Shown: piece after piece, positions 1 through 7,797 of the stretch
Position numbering within the stretch: position 1 is the first letter of the stretch
How the letters are laid out: each line of letters opens with the position of its first letter
NCBI GenBank assembly: GCA_026391215.1
Contig: JAPLDX010000076.1
Location: forward strand, 1 to 20,397
From: Bacteroidia bacterium
GTDB taxonomy: Bacteria; Bacteroidota; Bacteroidia; Bacteroidales; VadinHA17
Reading direction: 5' to 3'
Length of the DNA: 20,397 bases
Notes under the pieces: generated by a model
What the model saw: only the letters and a program-made list of their open reading frames with translations
Database searches by the model: none
Told to the model about the DNA's origin: nothing
Translations under genes and position numbers: made by a program

Positions 1-9
1 ATTTCTTCT

Positions 10-52
10 CTTTGCGTGCTTTGCGAAAAATCTTTGCGCCCTTTGCGGTTAA
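10..52. repeat. Four CTTTGCG direct repeats followed by GTTAA
   Basis: CTTTGCG at 10-16, 19-25, 32-38 and 41-47 (start spacing 9/13/9), then GTTAA at 48-52. Confidence 0.75.
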
Positions 53-54
53 GA

Positions 55-1698
55 ATGTCCATCTCATTATTTCTGACAATTATTTTCTTTAAACTGGCAG
101 CTCAGAATCCTAAAGTAGTTTTTAAGGATGTGACAAAGAAAGCCGGGATTGATTTCAAATACACTTTCGGAGATTATCATTATGAGAATATCCTTGAAAG
201 CAGCGGATCAGGGATCACTGTTTTTGATTATAATAATGATCAGCTGATGGATGTCTATATGATGAATGGAACTTATATTGAAGGTGTATCAGACAAGGGA
301 GGATTAGTTTTCAAAAATACACGGGACAAATTATATAAGAATAACGGTGATGGAACTTTTTCGGATGTTTCAGCAAAAGCCGGAGTGGACGATACGAACT
401 GGAGCATGGCTGCCGGGGCTGTTGATTTTGATAACGACGGGGATGAGGATCTTTTCCTTTTAAATTATGGTCCCAATGTTTTTTACAGGAATAATGGCAA
501 CGGTACTTTTACCGATATAACCGATTTTCTAGGTCTCCGGGGGCCAGAAAAGCTTAATGGCTTTATCAAATGGAGCATCGGCGTTTCGTTCTGGGACTAC
601 AATCTTGACGGAAGGCTTGATGCCCTGGTTGGCAACTTCCTTGCTTATGATCCTGCATATTTTACCCCTTCGACACCTGATATAATGCCCCACCCTTCAG
701 AATACAAAGGACAGGCATCAATTCTATATGAACAACAGCCTGACGGAAAATTTACTGATGTAACAGAAAAAAATAAACTGTTTTATCCTGATTCAAAATG
801 CATGGGGCTTACGGTTTATGATTATGACGACGACGGCGATATTGATATTTTTCAGGCAAATGACCATCAGCTGAATTTTATGTTCAGAAATGATAACGGA
901 GTTTATAAGGAAGTCGGCGTGGAAATCGGAGTGGCAGCAAACAGCAAGGGCATCGGGAGCGGTTCCATGCACGGTTCAATCGGTGATATTGACGGCGACG
1001 GATTGATTGATATTCTTGTTGTCGATCTGGATTATGGAGCATTGTACCGGAACCTGGGTAACGGCCTTTTTGAGGACATTACCGAAGCCAGCGGCATCTC
1101 CGGACCATTAGCAGGTAAGGGAGCCTGGGCCGCAGCACTGTTCGATTTCGATAATGACGGCGATCTTGATATAGTTTCTGCTAACGGTACAGCTGAAGAG
1201 CTAATCCTGCAATATCCCCTGCTTCTCGAGAATGACGGGAAAGGACATTTCAGGGATACGGGAATGAGTCATGGAAAATACTTTTCGTCAAAGCGTTCCG
1301 GAAGAGGACTGGCTGTTTGGGATTTTGATAATGACGGAGACCTTGATATCATCGTTTCGCATGTCGACCTGAAAGCAAATGCCGTACTGCTAAGAAATGA
1401 CGGAGGCAATTCAAACCACTGGCTTGGAGTAACGCTGAAAGGTAAAAACGGACCTGCCTCAGCAATAGCTGCAAAAGTGATTGTAACTGCCGGCGGGAAA
1501 AAGCAGGTCCTGGTGAACCAGTGGACAACAAGCTATCTTTCAAATAATGATCCCCGCCTTCATATCGGACTTGGCAAGGAAAACCAGATTGAAACCATGG
1601 AAATTCACTGGTCCGACGGGTTGAAAGAAGTTTATAAAAATATTGCAGCGGACCGTTATGTTACAATCCTGCAGGGAAAAGGAATAATTACCAAATAA
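55..1698 (+). CDS. CRTAC1-family secreted protein (FG-GAP/VCBS beta-propeller plus C-terminal ASPIC/UnbV domain)
   Basis: Seven Dx[DN]xDG-type Ca-binding motifs (DYNNDQLMD, DFDNDGDED, DYNLDGRLD, DYDDDGDID, DIDGDGLID, DFDNDGDLD x2). ASPIC/UnbV signature NHWLGVTL...SYLSNNDPRLHIGLG...IHWSDG. Hydrophobic leader ending LAA-Q. The start is uncertain: ATG 55, GTG 16, or upstream of the window, since the frame is open from base 1. Confidence 0.9.
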   Translation: MSISLFLTIIFFKLAAQNPKVVFKDVTKKAGIDFKYTFGDYHYENILESSGSGITVFDYNNDQLMDVYMMNGTYIEGVSDKGGLVFKNTRDKLYKNNGDGTFSDVSAKAGVDDTNWSMAAGAVDFDNDGDEDLFLLNYGPNVFYRNNGNGTFTDITDFLGLRGPEKLNGFIKWSIGVSFWDYNLDGRLDALVGNFLAYDPAYFTPSTPDIMPHPSEYKGQASILYEQQPDGKFTDVTEKNKLFYPDSKCMGLTVYDYDDDGDIDIFQANDHQLNFMFRNDNGVYKEVGVEIGVAANSKGIGSGSMHGSIGDIDGDGLIDILVVDLDYGALYRNLGNGLFEDITEASGISGPLAGKGAWAAALFDFDNDGDLDIVSANGTAEELILQYPLLLENDGKGHFRDTGMSHGKYFSSKRSGRGLAVWDFDNDGDLDIIVSHVDLKANAVLLRNDGGNSNHWLGVTLKGKNGPASAIAAKVIVTAGGKKQVLVNQWTTSYLSNNDPRLHIGLGKENQIETMEIHWSDGLKEVYKNIAADRYVTILQGKGIITK

Positions 1699-1722
1699 TA
1701 AAAAGAACTAAAATTTTAAATA

Positions 1723-3051
1723 ATGAATAATCAATACGTTAGCAGAGTGGTGGATCTGACGCATCCGGAGAAAAATGTCATTTATAATATGACCAATGAA
1801 GAAGCTGTCAGCCTTCTGAAATCTGGAGGTGTCGATACGGTCCGTGGGATTGACGGGCAATTCTGCCTTGTTTCCGTGGATGGCAAAACTATCAGGATGG
1901 CCAGGTCAATAGGCCGCCCGATACGTTATTTCATTGCAAAACGCCCTGATGGACCTAACCTCATAATTGCTGAACGGATAGATGTCATTTATGATTATCT
2001 CAGGAAGGAAGGCCTTGATCACCAGTTCCATCCCTCCTATACAAGAATGGCTCCTGCTCATTATATAACAAGGATAGAATTGCTGGGATGTCCTGATCCT
2101 AATCCTGTGTATGAACGTTTCTTCAGGCCTGAACGCAATAAATATTCGCCTTCAGATACAGCAAAGATTGGAGAGCATTATATCGGCGCTTTATACCTGG
2201 AGATAAGGAAGTGGCTTGAGCACAGGGCACAAGCTGGTCCCATCGGAGTTACATTTTCAGCGGGAGTTGACAGCGGGGCTGTCTTCCTGCTTACTTACCA
2301 TGCCCTGAGAGAGCTTGGCGAAAGTCCTTCAAGATTAAAAGCCTTTACCCTTTCAGTTGATGGCGGTGGCGAGGATCTGGTACAGGCAAGGAAATTCATG
2401 GATGCACTGAACCTGGAATTATTTCTGGAACCTGTTGAGCTGGATTATTCAGCACTTGACTGGAAAGAAGCAATAAGGCTGGTTGAAGACTATAAACCTC
2501 TTGATATTCAATCGGCTACAATGAATCTTTCACTTCTGCAGGGAATCCGTTCCCGTTATCCTGACTGGAAGCATATCTTTTCCGGAGAGGGTGGCGACGA
2601 GAACCTGAAAGATTACCCGATCGAAGAGAATCCCGAACTGACGATAAAAAGCGTCCTCAATAATATGATGCTTTACCATGAGGGATGGGGTGTTGAGTCA
2701 ATAAAACATTCCCTTACATATTCCGGCGGATTAAGCAGGGGTTATATGCGTACCTATGCCCCGGGAGATTGCCTTGGGTTTGAAGTATTCAGTCCTTTTA
2801 CTCTTCCCAACGTGATCGAAATATCAGAGGGAATACCATATATTGAAATGACCGGATGGGATCATCAGAAGCTTTATGATCTCAAGGGAGAGATTGTCTC
2901 GAGGGGAATAAAAGCCGTTACGGGAATGGAGATGCCGGTATTCCCGAAAAGACGCTTTCAGCATGGTGCCGTGTCTTCGGACATCTTCAGGAAACACTTC
3001 CCCGAAAAAGAAATAACATACCGGAAAGAGTTTCTGTCTCTATATGAATGA
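1723..3051 (+). CDS. Asparagine synthetase-like ATP-dependent amide ligase with a degenerate N-terminal Ntn domain
   Basis: PP-loop FSAGVDS (cf. SGGLDS), SGEGGDE (cf. SGEGADE) and C-terminal PKRRFQHG. Ntn remnants DGQFCLV and ARSIGRPIRY are present, but there is no N-terminal catalytic Cys. Confidence 0.85.
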   Translation: MNNQYVSRVVDLTHPEKNVIYNMTNEEAVSLLKSGGVDTVRGIDGQFCLVSVDGKTIRMARSIGRPIRYFIAKRPDGPNLIIAERIDVIYDYLRKEGLDHQFHPSYTRMAPAHYITRIELLGCPDPNPVYERFFRPERNKYSPSDTAKIGEHYIGALYLEIRKWLEHRAQAGPIGVTFSAGVDSGAVFLLTYHALRELGESPSRLKAFTLSVDGGGEDLVQARKFMDALNLELFLEPVELDYSALDWKEAIRLVEDYKPLDIQSATMNLSLLQGIRSRYPDWKHIFSGEGGDENLKDYPIEENPELTIKSVLNNMMLYHEGWGVESIKHSLTYSGGLSRGYMRTYAPGDCLGFEVFSPFTLPNVIEISEGIPYIEMTGWDHQKLYDLKGEIVSRGIKAVTGMEMPVFPKRRFQHGAVSSDIFRKHFPEKEITYRKEFLSLYE

Positions 3052-3997
3052 TACCGATAAATTTGAAATAACCGATCAGTGGATCTTAAGCACACGCGGA
3101 AAGAAAAACTCAGTCGATCCGCACCAGCCTTATGCATGGCTGGTTGAAAAAGAACGCACAATCTCGGGTCAGGTTGAAGATATAGCAGCTATTTTACTGA
3201 CAAACAGGGAATGTCCTTTTCATTGCCTGATGTGTGACCTTTGGAAAAATACAACAGATATATCTGTTCCTACCGGAGCCATCCCGGAGCAGATAAAGCT
3301 GGTCTTAAGCCAACTGCCGCAGGTAAAACATCTTAAGCTTTATAACAGTGGCAGCTTTTTTGACGAGAGAGCAATACCTTCAAAAGACTATGAAAGAATT
3401 GCATCACTGCTGAAAGGCTTCGAAACAGTCATCGTTGAAAGCCATCCCGGACTGATAAACGACAAATGCCTGAGATTCAGAGATATGCTTAAGCATGATC
3501 TGCATATAGCTATTGGCCTGGAAACATCAAATCCTGTAATACTTAGAAAACTTAACAAACGAACAACCCCGGATGACTTCAGGAATTCAATCAGCTTTCT
3601 TACCCGTCACGGGATTATGTCCAGAGCATTTATTCTGCTCAAACCACCATTTATGTCGGAATCAGAAGGAATATACTGGGCGGAACGTTCCCTTGAATTT
3701 GCTTTTGAAGCAGGTGTTGAATGTTGTACTATTATCCCTGTCAGACCAGGCAACGGGGCAATGGACCTTTTAATGGGAAAAGGCTATTTCTCACCGCCCG
3801 ATATCAGGTCACTTGAGGAAGTGACTGAATATGGCATTCAGCTTAATTCCGGACGTGTATTTGCCGACGTATGGGATTTAAGTCTTTTTTCATCGTGTAA
3901 AAAATGTCTTGAAAAGAGAACCGGCCGGCTGACAGAGATGAACCTGACACAGAAAATTGTCCCTCCGGTCAGATGCACATGCGATCCCTCAGAGTGA
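3044..3997 (+). CDS. Radical SAM protein, TIGR01210 / archaeosine RaSEA-like
   Basis: CxxxCxxC motif (CPFHCLMC), KLYNSGSFFD, VIVESHP, IAIGLET, AFILLKPPF, and C-terminal CKKC...CTC. Its start overlaps the upstream stop (ATGAATGA, 3044-3051). Confidence 0.88.
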   Translation: MNDTDKFEITDQWILSTRGKKNSVDPHQPYAWLVEKERTISGQVEDIAAILLTNRECPFHCLMCDLWKNTTDISVPTGAIPEQIKLVLSQLPQVKHLKLYNSGSFFDERAIPSKDYERIASLLKGFETVIVESHPGLINDKCLRFRDMLKHDLHIAIGLETSNPVILRKLNKRTTPDDFRNSISFLTRHGIMSRAFILLKPPFMSESEGIYWAERSLEFAFEAGVECCTIIPVRPGNGAMDLLMGKGYFSPPDIRSLEEVTEYGIQLNSGRVFADVWDLSLFSSCKKCLEKRTGRLTEMNLTQKIVPPVRCTCDPSE

Positions 3998-4684
3998 CCG
4001 CTTCCATTCTCTCAATCCAATAAACGACATAACACAATAGACAATATAGAGTATAACAGTCGGATAAAGTCCCCTGGTCATAAACAGGATCACTGAAGCT
4101 GCATTTACTATGATCCAGAGGTACCAGTGCTCGTATATCTTTCTGGCAAGCATCCATGTTGCAACTATTGACAGGGAGGTAATAAACGAATCCCATGCCG
4201 GTACGGGCGAATCAGTCAGCCTGTCAAGAACCAGCCACATAATAGCGAACAGTATTGAAAAAACAACTAACAGAACAATTCCGGTTTTCATTTTTAATCT
4301 GGTCACCTGTAATCTCAATTTCTCCCCTTCACCCTCTCCCCCCCTCTCATTTTCTTTTCTCATCTTCTCCCCCTATCCTTTTCTCCCCCTCTCCTCTTCC
4401 TGCCCTGCGCCCTGAGCCTTGTGCCCTGAGCCCTGTGCCCTGAGCCCTGCGCCCTTTATCCACCAGTACCACCCCAATACGCTGATCACCAGGTAATATC
4501 CCTGCAGACTCATGTCAGCATAAAACTTGCTTGAAAAAAAAACCAGAATATAAACCGCCGAAGTGACGATACCTACCGGCCAGAGCCAGATATTCTGCCT
4601 TATCTCAAGAAATACATACAGAATGCCTGTAACAGCTCCGAAGATCTCTATATAATTATTTGATAACCAAACAGGTAATTCCAT
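3989..4684 (-). pseudogene. pnuC: PnuC-family (thiamine-type, PnuT) transporter split by an in-frame TAG within a low-complexity insertion; ORF halves 4373-4684 and 3989-4363
   Basis: The N-half (EIFGAVTGILYVFLEIRQNIWLWPVG...YADMSLQGYY...GWYWW) and C-half (WDSFITSLSIVATWMLARKIYEHWYLWIIVN) are PnuC signatures. Both halves lie in the same frame, separated by TAG (4375-4373) GGG GAG AAG ATG. The gene sits downstream of the TPP-regulated TonB receptor. Confidence 0.85.
4320..4454. repeat. Composite low-complexity insertion: polypyrimidine tract plus heptamer tandem repeat (GCCCTGN)x7.5
   Basis: 4402-4454 reads GCCCTGC GCCCTGA GCCTTGT GCCCTGA GCCCTGT GCCCTGA GCCCTGC GCCC. 4320-4401 is almost purely C/T with recurring TTCTCCCC(C)T (4320, 4365, 4381). 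Confidence 0.9.
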
Positions 4685-4701
4685 ATTACAAATACTAATT
4701 C

Positions 4702-7134
4702 TTAAAATGAAAGACCTATTCTGAATATGAAATTGATGCCTGCCTGGGGGAAGAAATATGACCAGCTTTTTTCAACTCCGTCTTCATACCAGTTGCCTCC
4801 ATAAGCATTGCTTTCATACATGCTGTTGAAGACATTATTTATCATGAGCTGAAATTCAGCGCTTTTGATTTTCGGGATGGCTGGTTCAAAATCTATCCTC
4901 ACATTATTTACAAAATAAGGATCCAGCATTCTTTCATTGCTCATTGTATTATCAAAATATTGTCTCCCCACATATTTGCTTATTAAATGGATCTCCAGAT
5001 TATTCACAACATGAAAATTCATATCATTTGAGCCAATTATTGAAGGAGAATATGCAATGTCAACATTCCCAAGGTTTCTGCTTTTATATTCCTCCGACCA
5101 GTCAGAAGTATTATAATCAATATAATATTCAACAAAGTTTTTGATCTTATTCCGGCTCATTGTAACATTCATATCCCATGTCAGGAACCTGAAAGGTTTG
5201 AGGCTGGCATTTAATTCCATCCCGAGCCTGTGGCTGTTATCGACATTTGTCATTATTGAATAACCTGTATTGCTCAGCTCTCCTGTCGGCACCAGCTGGT
5301 CATTGTAGATCATTCCATAGAAATTGGCTGCCAGAGAGTATTTTTCACCCCTGATCTTATAACCGGTCTCAATGTCGTAAAGAGTTTCAGGTTTTGGTGT
5401 TGCGTTGGGATCTCCTGCCGCTTCCTTGAAATCTGTACGAGTCGGTTCGCGGTTAGCTACCGATAAAGAAATATATGCATCCTGGTTTGGCGTCATTGAA
5501 AAGAACAGACCGGCTTTAGGATTGAAAAAATGGAACCTGTGTCCCTGAGAGATATCTTTCAGATCATCATCATTACCAATCATTTCATATTTAATGTATC
5601 GATACTGGAGATCGCCGAATAAGGCTGTTTTTTCTGATATTGAATAATTCAGCTTACCGTAAATGCTTGCTTCTTCTTTCATTCCGATATTGAGATACCA
5701 TTGATGGTCCTTCTCTGTGCTGCCGGGGTATTCCATCCATATTACTCTTCCAAAGTGATCGCCTGAATAGAAGTTCATTCCCCCGCCTGCAGTCACTTCA
5801 AGCTTTGGCTTCCTGTAATTCAGAGACCAGACAAGACCATAAAAATCATTTGACATCCACTTTCTCCTGATCAGATCCGATTCGGTTATCTCAATTCCGT
5901 CAATTATAATTGGCGGCAAACCATAATCTTCAAGCTCACTATCTTCCTTATATTCCTCATAATAGCCTTTTCCTTTTGTATAATGAACAGCTGAATTAAA
6001 TGTAAGATCATTTCGAATTTTCAGGCTATGGATCAACTGGTAATGATTCTGGATGTAGTTATCGCTCTCATTTTCATAATAATGAGTGTTACCGGTTTCA
6101 TCGTTATACTCCCCGGCTGGATTATATCTTCTGTTAATCTTCAGCATCTCTTTCGGCACTCCCCACCATCCGATTCCGGTGTGCTCGTCGCCAAGAATGA
6201 CATTTACCTTTAATAGTGACCTGTCGCTCCTGAATATACCGCTTAAATAGGCGGATCTGTGCTCTGAACCTGTCCTTTCAATGAATCCGCTGCTTCTCAG
6301 ATCGGAATAGCGCATCTGGAAAGCATATTTTTCTGCAAGAAGTCCGGTCCCGGCTGAAAAACTGTTCTTAAAAGTATTAAAAGAGCCTGCCAACGAATTG
6401 ATTTCTGCAAAAGGCTCATCTTCAACGCCTTTTGTCTGAATATTTATTGAGGCTCCAAAGGCTCCGGCCCCGTTTGATGAGGTTCCGACACCCCTCTGGA
6501 TCTGGATGTTATCTATTGATGATGCAAGATCAGGCAGATCGACCCAGAATACCTGCTGGGATTCCGGATCGTTCAAAGGAATTCCATCAATAGTCACATT
6601 GATCCTGCTTGCATCCGTACCACGGATCCTGAGGTTGGTATAGCCAATGCCATTCCCTGCTTCGGAAGTTTCAACGAGCGATGGCGTGAGGCTGAGGAGA
6701 AATGGCATATCCTGTCCTGAATTTTGTCTTTTGAGCAATTGCTGTTCCACATTTGTATAGGCGAGGGGGGTAGTATTCCCTGCCCTGGTGGCCCGGATGA
6801 TCACATCCTCCGTCATCAAGGCTTTTTCTTTCAGAACAATATCAAGGATAAATTCTCCTGACAGATCCACAGGATGAGTCTGGGTTTCAAAACCTGTAAA
6901 GGAGAAACTTAATGAATAGTGACCAGCTGCCAGGTTTGAGAAGGCGTATGTGCCGTCAATAGCTGAATATACTCCAAGGAAAGTGCCGTATAAAGTGACG
7001 GCAGCCCCTGCCAGTGGAACTCCATTAATGTCGGTGATCTTACCTTTTATAACGGATCCGTTTTCAGTATATCCGGAAGCAAAAGATATCATTGCAAATC
7101 CCAGGAAAAGAAACAGACAAAACAGGTTTTTCAT
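4702..7134 (-). CDS. TonB-dependent outer-membrane receptor, probably for thiamine
   Basis: Signal peptide MKNLFCLFLFLGFAMISFA, N-terminal CarboxypepD_reg-like domain, plug motifs (LRIRGTDASRINVTIDGIPLND; IQIQRGVGTSSNGAGAFGASINIQT) and C-terminal Phe. TPP riboswitch upstream, pnuC downstream. ATG 7134 is preferred over 7164. Confidence 0.92.
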   Translation of the reverse strand: MKNLFCLFLFLGFAMISFASGYTENGSVIKGKITDINGVPLAGAAVTLYGTFLGVYSAIDGTYAFSNLAAGHYSLSFSFTGFETQTHPVDLSGEFILDIVLKEKALMTEDVIIRATRAGNTTPLAYTNVEQQLLKRQNSGQDMPFLLSLTPSLVETSEAGNGIGYTNLRIRGTDASRINVTIDGIPLNDPESQQVFWVDLPDLASSIDNIQIQRGVGTSSNGAGAFGASINIQTKGVEDEPFAEINSLAGSFNTFKNSFSAGTGLLAEKYAFQMRYSDLRSSGFIERTGSEHRSAYLSGIFRSDRSLLKVNVILGDEHTGIGWWGVPKEMLKINRRYNPAGEYNDETGNTHYYENESDNYIQNHYQLIHSLKIRNDLTFNSAVHYTKGKGYYEEYKEDSELEDYGLPPIIIDGIEITESDLIRRKWMSNDFYGLVWSLNYRKPKLEVTAGGGMNFYSGDHFGRVIWMEYPGSTEKDHQWYLNIGMKEEASIYGKLNYSISEKTALFGDLQYRYIKYEMIGNDDDLKDISQGHRFHFFNPKAGLFFSMTPNQDAYISLSVANREPTRTDFKEAAGDPNATPKPETLYDIETGYKIRGEKYSLAANFYGMIYNDQLVPTGELSNTGYSIMTNVDNSHRLGMELNASLKPFRFLTWDMNVTMSRNKIKNFVEYYIDYNTSDWSEEYKSRNLGNVDIAYSPSIIGSNDMNFHVVNNLEIHLISKYVGRQYFDNTMSNERMLDPYFVNNVRIDFEPAIPKIKSAEFQLMINNVFNSMYESNAYGGNWYEDGVEKSWSYFFPQAGINFIFRIGLSF

Positions 7135-7203
7135 TTTACCAGTTTTAATAAATCTAACCAACATCTGGAAAATGAGGCTGTTATGCCATTCTTGTTTCTT
7201 TAT

Positions 7204-7295
7204 TATTCTCTTTCCCTACGCCGGCATTATCCGGATCAGGTACAAAGGGTTTGATCTCAGCCCGTAGTTTTAAGGCACCCCATTTTCCGAGAATA
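7204..7295 (-). ncRNA. TPP (THI-box) riboswitch aptamer
   Basis: The minus strand reads TATTCTCGGAAAATGGGGTGCCTTAAAACTACGGGCTGAGATCAAACCCTTTGTACCTGATCCGGATAATGCCGGCGTAGGGAAAGAGAATA, containing the conserved GGGGUGC, GCUGAGA, ACCC, ACCUGAU, UAAUGCC-GCGUAGGGA elements. Candidate P1 is UAUUCUC/GAGAAUA. Confidence 0.96.
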
Positions 7296-7303
7296 CAAAG
7301 GTA
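7296..7303 (-). promoter_or_regulatory. Bacteroidota sigma-A -7 promoter element for the riboswitch/TonB/pnuC transcript
   Basis: Minus-strand TACCTTTG matches the TAnnTTTG consensus and lies immediately 5' of the aptamer. Confidence 0.75.
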
Positions 7304-7361
7304 TAACCTTTTATCCGGTTAATCAATTTATTTATAAATTAGCCCTCTAATTCCACCTGAG

Positions 7362-7781
7362 ATGACAGAGCTCCTGAAAAAGCTTAATTATAAGGAATAT
7401 AAAAGAATCTTACTTATCAACTCTGAGGAATCGTTCTTAAAGGCTGTCTCAAAGGAGCTTAAAGGTGTGATCACTGACAATGAAATAGATCAGCGTTGTC
7501 CATATGAATTCATGATGATATTTGCCAGATCAGTCTCTGAAGTCAGTTATTTTGCACCCATGGCTCTCCATAACCTGACAGCCGACGGGATTTTATGGTT
7601 CTGCTATCCGAAAAAAAGTTCTAAATTGTACACCTCGAGCCTTGAACGTGACCGCGGATGGAATGCCCTGAACGATCTTGGCTTCCATGGCATAAGGATG
7701 GTGACTATTGATGAAAACTGGTCCGCAATGCGTTTCCGGAATATCAAGTATATCAAATCGACTTCAAAGAGATTTAAATAA
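7362..7781 (+). CDS. Conserved hypothetical protein, DUF3052-like
   Basis: Motifs LLKKL..., ILWFCYPKKSSK...LERDRGW and VTIDENWSAMRFR are typical of this family. Confidence 0.75.
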   Translation: MTELLKKLNYKEYKRILLINSEESFLKAVSKELKGVITDNEIDQRCPYEFMMIFARSVSEVSYFAPMALHNLTADGILWFCYPKKSSKLYTSSLERDRGWNALNDLGFHGIRMVTIDENWSAMRFRNIKYIKSTSKRFK

Positions 7782-7797
7782 TAGATCGTTTGACCAC

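Noticed and set aside
1723-3051. Lasso-peptide cyclase cluster or canonical asnB
   Set aside because: No precursor peptide, B1/RRE or B2 protease is visible in the window, and the catalytic Cys1 and full glutaminase domain of AsnB are absent.
4373-4375. Genome-wide TAG recoding or pyrrolysine as the explanation for the pnuC stop
   Set aside because: TAG ends the esterase (9997-9999) and dedA (16131-16133) at normal family C-termini, no other gene has an internal TAG, no pyl genes are in the window, and the site lies in a non-conserved insertion.
4110-4443. Plus-strand ORFs 4110-4415 and 4255-4443
   Set aside because: They are antisense to pnuC, and their Pro/Ser/Leu-rich content just reflects the repeat tract.
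4402-4454. CRISPR array
   Set aside because: The 7-nt units are contiguous with no unique spacers, and no cas genes are present.
6950-7267. Plus-strand 105-aa ORF
   Set aside because: It is antisense to the TonB receptor start and the riboswitch, with no protein-like motifs.
7335-7342. TAAATTAG as a divergent -7 promoter for the DUF3052-like gene
   Set aside because: It has one mismatch to TAnnTTTG in an AT-rich spacer, so it is plausible but not supportable from sequence alone.
7708-7797. N-terminal extension of ogt given in the ORF track
   Set aside because: It overlaps the upstream gene, and Ogt homology starts at ATG 7798.
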